Assembly (NCBI GenBank): GCA_910578805.1
Contig: CAJTRS010000004.1
Coordinates: forward strand, 16,708-80,707
Direction of reading: 5' to 3'
DNA: 64,000 bases
Source of the DNA: an uncultured Muribaculaceae bacterium
GTDB taxonomy: Bacteria > Bacteroidota > Bacteroidia > Bacteroidales > Muribaculaceae
A program made the translations under genes and the position numbers. Positions 29,252-39,938 of this stretch are shown piece by piece (the first letter of the stretch is position 1; each line of letters begins with the position of its first letter). The notes beneath the pieces are model-generated. The model worked only from the letters and a program-made list of their open reading frames with translations, was not told the origin of the DNA and did no database searches.

Positions 29252-31762
29252 ATGAAACGAACCTGTATCATGATGACTGTGCTGGGCATGGCCGCTTGTG
29301 TCTTTGCCCCGCAATTATCCGCGCGGACAGAGCGACTGCTTGACAAAGGCTGGCGCTTTACCCGTCAGGATTCTCCTGAATTTGCGCAAAAGACTATCGG
29401 TGATGACAAATGGCAATCTGTGACCGTGCCTCATGATTGGGCTATTTATGGCCCGTTCAGTTGGGAAAACGACATGCAGAAAGTGGCTATCACTCAAGAC
29501 GGACAGAAAGAAGCCATGGAGCATGCCGGGCGCACCGGAGGACTACCGTTTGTAGGCACAGGCTGGTACCGTACCGAGATAGAGGTGCCTGAACTAACCG
29601 ATGGGCACCGGGCTACCCTGATATTTGACGGGGCCATGAGCCGTGCCCGTGTGTATGTCAACGGTAAGGAGGCAGGATATTGGCCTTACGGGTATAACTC
29701 ATTTTATTTCGATGTTACCGATCTGCTTGACAAAGACGGAAAAAACACCATAGCCGTGCGTCTGGAAAACTTGCCGGAATCTTCACGTTGGTATCCCGGT
29801 GCAGGTCTGTACCGCAATGTGCATTTGCTTGTTACTGAGGAAGCCCATATACCGGTGTGGGGGACATATATAACAACACCCAAGGTGAGCAAAGAGTGGG
29901 CCGAGGTGAAAGTGGCCACTGAAATAGTGCTTCCAAAAGGTGTCAACCAGCGTTCGTATTCACTGAAGACTATACTTTTTGGCCCTGAGGGAAACGTGGT
30001 TGGAGAGAACATAGAGCGTATAGACAATCTGGAATATACGGACAGCACCGTAACTCAAAGCTTTATAGTGATGCGCCCCGAATTATGGTCGCCGCAGTCA
30101 CCGTCACTTTACACCGCGCAGACTCAACTTATTTACGGTGCCGACAAAGTGACTGACGAATACGACACCACATTCGGAATCCGCTCGATAGAAGTTCGTC
30201 CGGACGACGGTTTTTATCTCAATGGTGAGAAGACGGTGTTCAAAGGAGTGTGCATGCATTCCGATCTCGGTCCGCTCGGCATGGCTGTGAACGATGCCGC
30301 CATACGTCGTCAGATACGGATACTTAAGGATATGGGCGCCAATGCCATTCGCACATCGCACAACATGCCGGCTCCTGAACTTGTGAAAGCTTGTGATGAA
30401 ATGGGCATGATGATCATGGCCGAGAGCTTTGACGAATGGAAGAAACCCAAATGTAAAAACGGTTATAATCTGCTTTTTGATGATTGGGCTGAAAAGGACC
30501 TTGTAAATCTCATACGCCATTACCGCAACAATCCTTCGGTGGTGATGTGGTGTATAGGCAATGAAGTGTCGGAGCAGTGGCACGAAGGTGACTGCAAGAC
30601 GGCTTATTTCCTTCAGAATATATGTCACCGCGAAGACCCCACACGTCCGGTCACTCAGGGCATGGACGGTCCCGATGCAGTACTCAACAATAATTTTGCC
30701 GCCATAATGGACGTGGCCGGTTTCAACTACCGTCCGTTCAAATATCCCGAAGCCTACAAGAAACTTCCGCAGCAGATAGTACTCGGCAGCGAGACTGCTT
30801 CCACCGTGTCGTCACGCGGAGTTTATAAATTCCCGGTGGAGCGTAAAGCCATGGCTGTGTATGATGACCACCAGAGTTCCGGATACGACGTAGAGCATTG
30901 CGGTTGGTCCAACCTTCCCGAGGACGATTTCATACAGCATGAGGACCTGCCTTATTGCATAGGTGAATTTGTATGGACCGGTTTTGACTATCTCGGTGAG
31001 CCAACTCCGTACTATACCCAATGGCCGAGCCACAGTTCGCTGTTCGGGATAATCGACCTTGCCGGATTACCCAAGGACCGTTATTACCTGTACCGCAGTC
31101 ATTGGAACAAAGAAGCCGAGACATTGCACATACTGCCTCACTGGACTTGGCCCGGTCGTGAAGGCGAGGTAACTCCGGTATTTGTATATACGAGCTATCC
31201 GGAGGCCGAATTGTTTATCAACGGAGTCAGCCAAGGCCGCCGCAGCAAAGACCTGAGTATAGGGGTCGAGGGAAGTTATACGGAAGAAGCTCAGAAATCG
31301 TTTGAGCGTCAGAAGCGTTACCGCTTAATGTGGTTTGATACAGTGTATCAGCCCGGCGAGGTCACTGTAGTGGCCTATGATAAGAACGGTAAAGAGGCAG
31401 CCCGTCAGACTGTACGCACTGCAGGAAAACCCCACCATCTCGAGTTGGACGTGGATCGTGATAATCTGAAAGCCGACGGCAATGACCTCGCGTTTATCAC
31501 AGTGCGTATGGTTGATAAAGATGGTAATCTTTGTCCCGACGCATCGGCTAAAGTGAAGTTCAAGGTCAAAGGATCAGGCTCGTTCGAGGCTGTGGCCAAT
31601 GGCGATCCATCTTCGTTGGAATTGTTCCAGAAACCTGAGATGTCGCTCTTCCATGGTCAGCTTAATGCCATAGTCCGTACATCGGAAACGCCCGGCGAGA
31701 TAACATTTACGGCTTCAGCTCCAGGAGTAAAATCGGCCACATTGAAACTGACCTCGAAATAA
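29252..31762 (+). CDS. GH2 beta-galactosidase-type glycoside hydrolase (DUF4982-containing type), signal peptide
   Basis: VPHDWAI, SRWYPGAGLYR, NAIRTSHN, acid/base WCIGNE, nucleophile region GSETAS and GEFVWTGFDYLGEP. Confidence 0.92.
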   Translation: MKRTCIMMTVLGMAACVFAPQLSARTERLLDKGWRFTRQDSPEFAQKTIGDDKWQSVTVPHDWAIYGPFSWENDMQKVAITQDGQKEAMEHAGRTGGLPFVGTGWYRTEIEVPELTDGHRATLIFDGAMSRARVYVNGKEAGYWPYGYNSFYFDVTDLLDKDGKNTIAVRLENLPESSRWYPGAGLYRNVHLLVTEEAHIPVWGTYITTPKVSKEWAEVKVATEIVLPKGVNQRSYSLKTILFGPEGNVVGENIERIDNLEYTDSTVTQSFIVMRPELWSPQSPSLYTAQTQLIYGADKVTDEYDTTFGIRSIEVRPDDGFYLNGEKTVFKGVCMHSDLGPLGMAVNDAAIRRQIRILKDMGANAIRTSHNMPAPELVKACDEMGMMIMAESFDEWKKPKCKNGYNLLFDDWAEKDLVNLIRHYRNNPSVVMWCIGNEVSEQWHEGDCKTAYFLQNICHREDPTRPVTQGMDGPDAVLNNNFAAIMDVAGFNYRPFKYPEAYKKLPQQIVLGSETASTVSSRGVYKFPVERKAMAVYDDHQSSGYDVEHCGWSNLPEDDFIQHEDLPYCIGEFVWTGFDYLGEPTPYYTQWPSHSSLFGIIDLAGLPKDRYYLYRSHWNKEAETLHILPHWTWPGREGEVTPVFVYTSYPEAELFINGVSQGRRSKDLSIGVEGSYTEEAQKSFERQKRYRLMWFDTVYQPGEVTVVAYDKNGKEAARQTVRTAGKPHHLELDVDRDNLKADGNDLAFITVRMVDKDGNLCPDASAKVKFKVKGSGSFEAVANGDPSSLELFQKPEMSLFHGQLNAIVRTSETPGEITFTASAPGVKSATLKLTSK

Positions 31763-31776
31763 CCTATATATGTTGC

Positions 31777-31866
31777 ATGCCGATATAATCATCGGCATAG
31801 CGTTAATGCAATATTACAAAATTTATAAGCCGTGGGAATCACTTGATGAGTTTTCCCACGGCTTAT
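31777..31866. terminator. Two hairpins between the convergent GH2 and RND genes (probable bidirectional terminator)
   Basis: ATGCCGAT-N6-ATCGGCAT (31777-31798) and ATAAGCCGTGGGAA...TTCCCACGGCTTAT (31825-31866). Confidence 0.75.
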
Positions 31867-31894
31867 CTTGTATCTATTTTACCGGACGTTCAGG

Positions 31895-34800
31895 TCATAG
31901 ATCAGTATTGTCGGATTTGTCTGTCGGTGTGGCGGGATTGAAGAAGTTGCTCAGGTGGCGTTCCCAAAATCTCTGAAGCAATTCCCAGAAATTTGGGACA
32001 AACAGAGTGCCGACAATGGCGTTGACAGCCATTCCGAATACAACAGCCGTGCCAAGCGATATCCTGCTTTCGGCTCCGGCTCCTGAAGCAAATAGCATGG
32101 GAAGCACTCCGAATACAAAAGCCATTGCCGTCATCATGATAGGGCGGAACCGGATACGGCCTGCGTCAAGAGCGGCTTGCGATATCGGTTGCCCGGATTT
32201 ACGGAAATCACGAGCGTATTCTATGATGAGTATGGCGTTCTTTGCCGACAACCCGAGCAGAAGTATTATACCTATCTGTGTGTATATGCTTATGCTTTGG
32301 CCCATAAACAGACAGCCTATTACCGTGCCGAGAATGGCTGTAGGCATAGATATGATTACGGCCACAGGGTCGGTCAGGCTTTCATATTGAGCGGCGAGGA
32401 CGAGCAGCGTCACAATGACGGCAAACAGTATGACTATTGTCACTGTGGTTCCGCCCTGTGTCTCCTGATAGGCTTCACCAGTCCATGCGTATCCGTAATT
32501 TGAGCCTACAGTGTCGCTGACTATCTCCTCCATGGCTTTTATTGCATCGGAGGAACTTAAACCCTTGGCGGGAGTGGCCGTAAGTGAAGCTGTCTGATAC
32601 ATGTTGTAGCGGTTCACCGACGGTTCACCAGATACCTGTTTTATGCTGGCAAACGAGGCAAACGGTACCATTTTGCCATTAGAATTTCGCACACTGAGCC
32701 GGAGCACGTCGTCAGGAGTGGAGCGAGCCATGGCCTCGCCTGACAGCAGCACCTGATAAACTCTTCCGAATTCGTTGAAATCGTTGACATAATCACTGCT
32801 TGTGAAAGCTCCCAATGAACTGTATATATTTTCCATTGTCAGTTCGAGCATATGTACCTTGTCACGGTCAATATCGATGGAATACTGGGGAACATTGCCC
32901 TCATAGAGAGTCGTTACAGATGATATGCGCGGGTCTTTGTGTGCGGCGTCGGTAATCTGGGTTATTGCCTGTTTCATATCGTCGGAGCCGCGGGAACCAA
33001 TGTTGAGCAGTTGCATCTGTAATCCCGATGATAATCCGAGTCCCGGTATGGCCGGAGGGTTTATTCCGAATATTATCCCTTCCTGAATTCCGGAACAGGC
33101 ACGTTCGAACCGGTCGATTATATTATCGACATTCAGATTTTTTGCTTTACGTTCCGACCATGGTTCGAGTGTTACGATTAGAGCTCCAAGATTGCTGCTG
33201 TTTCCTCCTCCGAGAAAAGAGAATCCTGATATGGATATCACGTTTTCCACACCCGGAATCGCGAGCAGACTGTCAGTAGCGCTGTTTATTACAGCTTCTG
33301 TGCGCTCAAGCGATGCTTCCGGCGGAAGCTGTACAGACCCCATGAAATATCCCATATCCTCCTGTGGAATGTAAGAGGTGGGCATTTTCATGAATCCCCA
33401 GAAAGCCGCTCCCGTGATTATGAAATATACGGCTATAGCCACCCACGGACGTTTAAGGAATGTGCCTACGATCTTGATATATCCGTTTAGTGTGGCACTA
33501 TATCCTTTATTGAACCACTGATATGGTTTGAACCGAGTGGTGCCCGTGCGTGGTTTCAGAAACAGCGCGCACATTGCCGGTGTGAATGTAAGCGCGTTGA
33601 ATCCCGAGAATGCCGTGGATACGGCAATGGTGAGGGCAAACTGTTTGTATAGTTCACCTGTGATGCCTGATATAAAGGCTGTGGGGATAAAAACGGAAAG
33701 AAGCACGAGTACTTCGCCGACGACCGGTCCTTGAAGCTCAGTCATAGCCTTACGGGCGGCTTCACGCGGACTCATTAGTTTTTTGTCCACAATACGCGCA
33801 CAGTCCTCCACCACCACTATTGCGTCATCGACCACTATCGCTATGGCCAGTACCAATCCGAAAAGTGTAAGGGTGTTGATGGTGAATCCGAGCAGTTTCA
33901 TTACCGCGAATGTGGCTATAAGAGATACCGGTATTGTTATCATCGGTATTATCACCGCTCTCCAGTTCTGTAGAAACAGCAGGATCACAAGCATCACTAT
34001 CAGCGTGGTTTCAACAAATGTGACCAGCAGATCATCTATGGATTCCACCACAAAGTCGGTAGTGTTTTCAATAATCCGGTATTTTATTCCATCGGGAAAA
34101 TACTGCTGTAGCTCATTGAGTTTGGCCGTTACCCTGTTGGCCACTTCGAGTGCATTGGCTCCCGGTAGCTGATATATGCCGAGCACTCCGGCTTGCTTGC
34201 CTGATACACGCGAAATGTTGCCGTAGGAATCGCTTCCGAGTTCCACCCGGGCTATGTCACGCAATCGTAGTATTCCTCCGTCGGGTGAGGTCCTCAAAAT
34301 GATGTTTCCGAATTCTTTGGCTGAGGTAAGTCTTCCTTGAGATGTTAGTGTAAACTGAAACGGAGTAGCCGAATTCTGCGGTTCAGCTCCGGCATCTCCG
34401 GCCGATACCTGCATGTTCTGGGATTCGATAGCGGTTCTGACATCGGCAACGGTTATGTCGCGCTGACGCATAAGATCGGGGTTGAGCCACACACGCATGC
34501 TGTAATCGCCGGCGCCGAATGCCCCTACCTGTCCCACACCATCTAACCTCGACAGTTCATCGACAAGATTCAGTTTGGCATAGTTGGTGAGATAAAGGGC
34601 GTCGTAGCGCTGTGGATCGTCGCTCTCCAAGGCTATGAACATTATTATGTCAGAAGACCGCGATGTCACCTCTATACCTTGCTGCTTTACTGATGCCGGA
34701 AGCGATGGTTCGGCACGCGACACACGGTTCTGTACCTTTACGGTTGCCATGTCGAGATCGGTTCCGGCCTCAAATGTGACAGTGAGCATATATGAACCGT

Positions 34801-35056
34801 CAGACCCTGAAGAAGAACTCATGTACATCATGTTTTCCACTCCATTGACCTGTTCTTCTATAGGCACGCCGATGGTGGAGGCCACGGTCTGAGCGTCGGC
34901 TCCGGGATATGTGGCCGACACCATGACGGTAGGCGGTGTGATGTCGGGATACTGTGCCACAGGAAGTGACCTGATGGTTATCATTCCGGCCAGTAGCATG
35001 AAAAGAGCCAGTACTATGGCGAATATGGGTCTGTTGATGAAGAATCTGGAAAACAT
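31895..35056 (-). CDS. RND efflux permease (HAE1, AcrB/MexB-like)
   Basis: [39 protein letters not shown] and RFRPIMMT. Confidence 0.96.
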   Translation of the reverse strand: MFSRFFINRPIFAIVLALFMLLAGMITIRSLPVAQYPDITPPTVMVSATYPGADAQTVASTIGVPIEEQVNGVENMMYMSSSSGSDGSYMLTVTFEAGTDLDMATVKVQNRVSRAEPSLPASVKQQGIEVTSRSSDIIMFIALESDDPQRYDALYLTNYAKLNLVDELSRLDGVGQVGAFGAGDYSMRVWLNPDLMRQRDITVADVRTAIESQNMQVSAGDAGAEPQNSATPFQFTLTSQGRLTSAKEFGNIILRTSPDGGILRLRDIARVELGSDSYGNISRVSGKQAGVLGIYQLPGANALEVANRVTAKLNELQQYFPDGIKYRIIENTTDFVVESIDDLLVTFVETTLIVMLVILLFLQNWRAVIIPMITIPVSLIATFAVMKLLGFTINTLTLFGLVLAIAIVVDDAIVVVEDCARIVDKKLMSPREAARKAMTELQGPVVGEVLVLLSVFIPTAFISGITGELYKQFALTIAVSTAFSGFNALTFTPAMCALFLKPRTGTTRFKPYQWFNKGYSATLNGYIKIVGTFLKRPWVAIAVYFIITGAAFWGFMKMPTSYIPQEDMGYFMGSVQLPPEASLERTEAVINSATDSLLAIPGVENVISISGFSFLGGGNSSNLGALIVTLEPWSERKAKNLNVDNIIDRFERACSGIQEGIIFGINPPAIPGLGLSSGLQMQLLNIGSRGSDDMKQAITQITDAAHKDPRISSVTTLYEGNVPQYSIDIDRDKVHMLELTMENIYSSLGAFTSSDYVNDFNEFGRVYQVLLSGEAMARSTPDDVLRLSVRNSNGKMVPFASFASIKQVSGEPSVNRYNMYQTASLTATPAKGLSSSDAIKAMEEIVSDTVGSNYGYAWTGEAYQETQGGTTVTIVILFAVIVTLLVLAAQYESLTDPVAVIISMPTAILGTVIGCLFMGQSISIYTQIGIILLLGLSAKNAILIIEYARDFRKSGQPISQAALDAGRIRFRPIMMTAMAFVFGVLPMLFASGAGAESRISLGTAVVFGMAVNAIVGTLFVPNFWELLQRFWERHLSNFFNPATPTDKSDNTDL

Positions 35057-35092
35057 ACCGGAGTGGGTTTTAAGGAAGATGGGAATTATCGG

Positions 35093-36199
35093 TCATTCAG
35101 TCATGACAGGTGTGATTTTCATACCCTCACGGACTTTAAGAAGCGCCTTTGTCACGTAACGGTCATCGGGCGATAGCCCGGATAGAATTACTCTCATGGA
35201 GTCTTGCACGGTTTCACCGATGGTGACCGGAGTGTAAACCACGGTGTTGTAGTCTGTGACTGAATATACATATTTGCCAAGTTGATCGGTGGATATGGAG
35301 GCGTCTTTTATGAGTGTGGCATGAGGCAGTGTCATTATGGGGAATTTTACATTGACATACATACCGTCGCGTAGTTCGCCGTCAGGGTTGTCTATGTTGG
35401 CAATAATCTGGAGTGTACCTGTCGATGGATCGACTTCGGGTGATATGTATGAAAGCTTGCCGGAGTAGTTGTGTGGTGTCTTTACGGCAAATTCCATAGG
35501 GATTGAATCAAGTTTCAGATCAAGTGCGTCTTTACCTTTAAGCATTTCCTGTACACCTTTGTCATCGATATTAAAGTTGGCACGTACCACAGCGTCCTCA
35601 TAGAGTGTGGCGAGCCTGACGGGTGAAACTTCTCCGTTTATGTATGCTCCCACACTGAATGCCGGTGCTGTTATGTGTCCGTCGAACGGTGCGGTAATAT
35701 GACAGTAACCTAAATTGTCGAGAGCAGTCTGCAATGCCGCCTCCGCATTTTTTATGTTGGCGGCGCTTTGTTCCATGGTGTTTTTAGCTTTGTTGACCTG
35801 TATCTGGGCCACTGCATCGCGGCTAAGGGCATTAAGCATAGAAGAATACTGAGTCTTGGAATATTCATAGTCACTCTTGGCCGTTTCGAGGGCTGCGCGT
35901 GCCTGATTTACGGCATCACGGTATTTGGAGTCCTCTATAGTGAACAGTAGTGTGCCTTTCTTCACAAATTCGCCGTCGGAATAACGTTTCGATGTTAGAC
36001 TGCCACTGACACGGGCCACGATATCCACTGAATTATTGGCCGTCAGGGTCCCGGGATATGTGTTATAGACGGTTATACTGTCAGTAACAGCGTGCGCCAC
36101 ATCGATGCTTGGTGATGCCGTTTCTGTGCCGGCATTCGACCGCGTACAAGCCACGGTCAAAGCCATTATGAATGCCGAGTATAGGAAAGAGCGTTTCAT
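35093..36199 (-). CDS. RND periplasmic adaptor (MFP), lipoprotein
   Basis: Lipobox TVAC, ARVSG, VKKGTLLFTI, ITAPFDG and VDPSTGT. Confidence 0.93.
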   Translation of the reverse strand: MKRSFLYSAFIMALTVACTRSNAGTETASPSIDVAHAVTDSITVYNTYPGTLTANNSVDIVARVSGSLTSKRYSDGEFVKKGTLLFTIEDSKYRDAVNQARAALETAKSDYEYSKTQYSSMLNALSRDAVAQIQVNKAKNTMEQSAANIKNAEAALQTALDNLGYCHITAPFDGHITAPAFSVGAYINGEVSPVRLATLYEDAVVRANFNIDDKGVQEMLKGKDALDLKLDSIPMEFAVKTPHNYSGKLSYISPEVDPSTGTLQIIANIDNPDGELRDGMYVNVKFPIMTLPHATLIKDASISTDQLGKYVYSVTDYNTVVYTPVTIGETVQDSMRVILSGLSPDDRYVTKALLKVREGMKITPVMTE

Positions 36200-36212
36200 A
36201 ATATATTATGTG

Positions 36213-37622
36213 TTAGTTTATGTTGTCGATAGTCCAGCCTCCGCCCAAAGCTTCATAAAGGTTAATCAGCGACCGTGAGGCAGTACCTTTGGTGATAACA
36301 AGCTGGTCAGTATATTGGAGTAGATTGATCTGTGCATCGGCCACTTCGGTAAATCCTGTGAGTCCCTGTTTGTACAGGTCAAGTGACAGGTCAAAGGCTT
36401 CTTTGGCGTTTTCCACAACAGACGATAGACTTTCTATGGCCTGAAGTGACATAGAGTAACGTGTGAGGGCATTTTCCACCTCTTCTATGGCTGTGATTAC
36501 ACTGAGGTTATAATTGTCAATCGATGCCATCATGTTTTCACGGGCCGAAGCCACGGCGGCGTTTCTGGCAAAGCCGTCAAAAATGGTCCATGTCAGTCGT
36601 GGAGCTATGGAATAATCCATGGAGCGTTTACGCGGCAAGTCGCCGATGTCATGTGAGCTGAACCCTATTGAGCCTGTTATGGACAGTGATGGAAAGTAAT
36701 CTTTTTTAGCGACACCCAATGCCGCAGCCTGTGCCGATAGTTGGAATTCCGCTTGGGCTATATCGGGTCGCCGGCGCAGGATATCCATGGGTACTCCTAT
36801 ACCTACAGCCTTTGAATAAGCTGGAATAGGGGCATCGTTGGTCAGATCAGCGGATAGGTGTTCAGGAAATTCACCGATAAGTATTGCGAGTGAGTTCAAG
36901 GCTACGGTTATCGATATTTTTATGGAAGGGATCGATGCCTCGGTCGAATAATAGATGGTGGAGGCCTGTGCCACATCGAGTTTTGAAGACAGTCCTGACT
37001 CATAGCGGGCCTGAGTTATTTTCAGAACCTTATCCTGTGACTGTAGGTGTTTTTGCGCTATCTGCAACCGGGTCTGGGCGGCTCGGAGCTGTACATATGT
37101 GTCGGCAATGTTTGCACAAAGCGCCACCATCGCCGCCGCATATTCAGCCCTGCTTGCCTGCCATAGATTTTTCTTTTGTTTTGACTGTGCGGATATACGG
37201 CCGAAAATGTCGATTTCCCATGACATGTTTAGACCGGCGGAAAAATAAGATGTGTTGGCCGGCGGAATAGAATGACTTGTCATGTTGCCTGAAGTGCGTG
37301 AGGCATTCCAGCCGGTATCGAGTCCTATAACGGGATAGTAGCCCGATTGTGACATACGCATTTCCTGGCGTGATATGGCCATGCGGTGGGCAGCCTCTGA
37401 AAGATTGTAATTATTTTTTACGCCGAGTGTGATAAGTGAGTCGAGTACAGGATCGTTGAAACCTTTCCACCACGAATCTTCATCGGGAAATGTCTGGGAA
37501 TATCCGTTGTCGTAATATTGCCAGGAGGAGGGCATGGCTGACGATCTCAACTCTTCGGCCACGGACGTGCCGGATAAGAATATTGACGCGGATAGAAGTC
37601 CTATAAATATGTTGAAACGCAT
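36213..37622 (-). CDS. Outer-membrane efflux channel (TolC/NodT family)
   Basis: WWKGFNDPVLDSLI, SWEIDIFG, LRRRPDI..AE and LYEALGGGW. Confidence 0.93.
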   Translation of the reverse strand: MRFNIFIGLLSASIFLSGTSVAEELRSSAMPSSWQYYDNGYSQTFPDEDSWWKGFNDPVLDSLITLGVKNNYNLSEAAHRMAISRQEMRMSQSGYYPVIGLDTGWNASRTSGNMTSHSIPPANTSYFSAGLNMSWEIDIFGRISAQSKQKKNLWQASRAEYAAAMVALCANIADTYVQLRAAQTRLQIAQKHLQSQDKVLKITQARYESGLSSKLDVAQASTIYYSTEASIPSIKISITVALNSLAILIGEFPEHLSADLTNDAPIPAYSKAVGIGVPMDILRRRPDIAQAEFQLSAQAAALGVAKKDYFPSLSITGSIGFSSHDIGDLPRKRSMDYSIAPRLTWTIFDGFARNAAVASARENMMASIDNYNLSVITAIEEVENALTRYSMSLQAIESLSSVVENAKEAFDLSLDLYKQGLTGFTEVADAQINLLQYTDQLVITKGTASRSLINLYEALGGGWTIDNIN

Positions 37623-37702
37623 AATATAAGTTCTGATTATGGATTAACATAATTAAAACTTATTTATGCGCTCGTAAGTTTGGGTTAGAATCTAATTTAA
37701 CA

Positions 37703-39031
37703 TTACCCGGCGGCAGAAGGCGATGGGTTCTTGTTGTTATCTCTCTTGCTTTTGAAGTACCGGCGTTTTTTGTGGGCCGTTTTTTCGCCTGTTACGTTGT
37801 TGTCGTGTGATTCCGATTTAGAGGAACGCCGACGGCGTTCGGACGGTTTTTGTCGCTTTTTTTCAGAGCCGGTTTTTGATGAGATATCCGATGGAGTCTG
37901 TCCGAGTTCTGGCGACAATTCCATGCGTTCCACTTTTTTGCCGAGAAAATGCTCTATCATGCTCCATCGGCGTCGGTCACGGTCGCTTACAAATGTCACG
38001 GCCTCTCCTTCGGCCTCAGCTCTGGCGGTACGGCCTATGCGGTGTACATAGTCTTCGGCATCATGGGGCACATCGTAGTTTATCACCATGGATATTTCGT
38101 CGATGTCTATACCTCGGGCCACAATGTCGGTGGCAACAAGAGTGTCTATCCGGCCGGATTTGAAGTCAAGCATAACCTGATCGCGGCGTGATTGCTCCAG
38201 ATCGGAATGCATTTCACCGATTTTCAGTTTGGCTTTGTGCAAATCGCGGGCCAATTCTTTTACTTTTAATTTCGAGGACACGAATACGATCACACGTTTT
38301 GACCGTGTGGTTTCGAGTATTGATTTAATTATAGGCAGTTTTTGGGGTTCGTAGCAGATACATACTTTCTGGTGTATCTTGTCAGCAGGTTTCGATACGG
38401 CTATTTTTATCTCCTTTGGGTCACGAAGTATGCTTTTGGCGAGCATCTGTATCTTGGGCGGCATGGTGGCGGAAAACATGAGGGTCTGTCGCCGGGCGGG
38501 CAGATGCTTTACCACCTGCATTATGTCGTCATAGAACCCCATGTCAAGCATGCGGTCTGCCTCATCAAGAATGAAGAATGAGACTTTCGACAAATCCACG
38601 CAGCCCATCTGCAGGTGGGCAAGGAGACGTCCGGGGGTGGCAATTACCACGTCGGCGCCTAATTTAAGGCCCCTTTGCTGTCGGGTGAATGTGGCTCCGT
38701 CGGTTCCGCCGTATATGGCCACGCTGCTTACATTAAGAAAATAGCCGAATCCTTCAAGCTGTCGGTCTATCTGCATGGCAAGTTCACGGGTGGGAGCCAT
38801 GATTATACAGTTGACGGAATCCTCGGGAAACTCACCGTCGGCAAGACGGTTGAGTACGGGCAACAGATATGCTGCCGTCTTGCCGGTGCCTGTCTGTGCC
38901 ACGGCTATGAGATCGTGGCCTTCAAGGGCTATTGGTATGGCTTGCTGCTGTATAGGGGTGCACTCGTTGAAGCACATGGCATCGAGTGCGTCAAGTACAT
39001 CGTAGTTCAGGTCAAATTCATCAAACTTCAT
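37703..39031 (-). CDS. DEAD-box ATP-dependent RNA helicase (RhlE-like)
   Basis: Q motif, AQTGTGKT, PTRELA, DEADRMLDMGF, SAT, ARGID and HRIGRTAR; basic tail. Start at MKFDEF. Confidence 0.96.
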   Translation of the reverse strand: MKFDEFDLNYDVLDALDAMCFNECTPIQQQAIPIALEGHDLIAVAQTGTGKTAAYLLPVLNRLADGEFPEDSVNCIIMAPTRELAMQIDRQLEGFGYFLNVSSVAIYGGTDGATFTRQQRGLKLGADVVIATPGRLLAHLQMGCVDLSKVSFFILDEADRMLDMGFYDDIMQVVKHLPARRQTLMFSATMPPKIQMLAKSILRDPKEIKIAVSKPADKIHQKVCICYEPQKLPIIKSILETTRSKRVIVFVSSKLKVKELARDLHKAKLKIGEMHSDLEQSRRDQVMLDFKSGRIDTLVATDIVARGIDIDEISMVINYDVPHDAEDYVHRIGRTARAEAEGEAVTFVSDRDRRRWSMIEHFLGKKVERMELSPELGQTPSDISSKTGSEKKRQKPSERRRRSSKSESHDNNVTGEKTAHKKRRYFKSKRDNNKNPSPSAAG

Positions 39032-39067
39032 AATGAAGATAATAATAACGTAGGGTAATTCAGTATG

Positions 39068-39075
39068 CAAAGATA
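39068..39075 (-). promoter_or_regulatory. -7 promoter element TATCTTTG (helicase)
   Basis: TAnnTTTG match; supports the 39031 start over the longer ORF call. Confidence 0.6.
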
Positions 39076-39106
39076 GCGCTAATTGTCCACCTCAGCAAAT
39101 TACCAG

Positions 39107-39709
39107 TTAATTGGCCTGCGGATTCTTGGGGTGTAACAGCCAGCCGCGGAATTCAGGTCCGAGAGATTTGACATGGTGATGCCAATAATTGTCGCCGGAG
39201 CCAGTCAGGATATTTTCAGTAGAAATATTGCGGCTTACCGTCCATACCTTGTCCGATATCTCCTCATCAAGTTGGAACCGGCTCCAACCGCTGTAGCCCA
39301 CGAAGAATCTGACAACGCCGTCAACAGGATATCCGGCATTGACATATTGCAGAATTTCCTCATAGCTACCACCGATGTAAAGTCCTTCGGCTATCTGTCG
39401 GGAATCAGTAATGAGTTCTCCGAGAGTGTGAATATAATATAGTCTGTCCTGTGACATTGGGCCACCGCAAAACACCGGTACGGGTTCCTGGCGTGTTATT
39501 CCGGGGATTAACTCTGCGAGTGATATCCCCGTAGAATGATTCAATACAAATCCCATGGAGGATTTATCACTTTCATATTCCACCATACATATTACCGAAT
39601 GCCGGAAATAGTCGTCCATCAGAAACGGTTCGGAAATAAGCAAGGAACCTACAGAAGGCTTTCCCCCGGCTATGTCGATGTTGAAAATGGCTTCATCGTA
39701 ATTGATCAT
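39107..39709 (-). CDS. YqgE/AlgH (DUF179) family protein
   Basis: GSLLISEP, F.HSVI, GFVLN, VFCGGP and RFFVGYSGW...QL..E. Confidence 0.92.
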   Translation of the reverse strand: MINYDEAIFNIDIAGGKPSVGSLLISEPFLMDDYFRHSVICMVEYESDKSSMGFVLNHSTGISLAELIPGITRQEPVPVFCGGPMSQDRLYYIHTLGELITDSRQIAEGLYIGGSYEEILQYVNAGYPVDGVVRFFVGYSGWSRFQLDEEISDKVWTVSRNISTENILTGSGDNYWHHHVKSLGPEFRGWLLHPKNPQAN

Positions 39710-39901
39710 GATATGGTGGTATTATTGGAGGAGAAATCACACTAAAGTTATGACATGATAAGCAAATCTCCAAAAGTATAGTGTTAAAACCCGGCCGATG
39801 TTGTCTGTTTTGGCACATAATTGACTCTTACCTGTCCATGCCTGTATATAAATGGTAGTTTTTTCAGTAATTCGGGTAAGCAAATTATTTATGGCCATTG
39901 T

Positions 39902-39909
39902 TATCTTTG
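39902..39909 (+). promoter_or_regulatory. -7 promoter element TATCTTTG (dxs)
   Basis: TAnnTTTG match 30 nt upstream of dxs. Confidence 0.6.
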
Positions 39910-39938
39910 CACTACCTAAATTATAAACATAAACTGAA

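Noticed and set aside
37655..37682. AAACTTA..TAAGTTT inverted repeat between the helicase and the OMF gene
   Set aside because: A short, AT-rich 7-bp stem that could arise by chance; not enough to call a terminator or operator.
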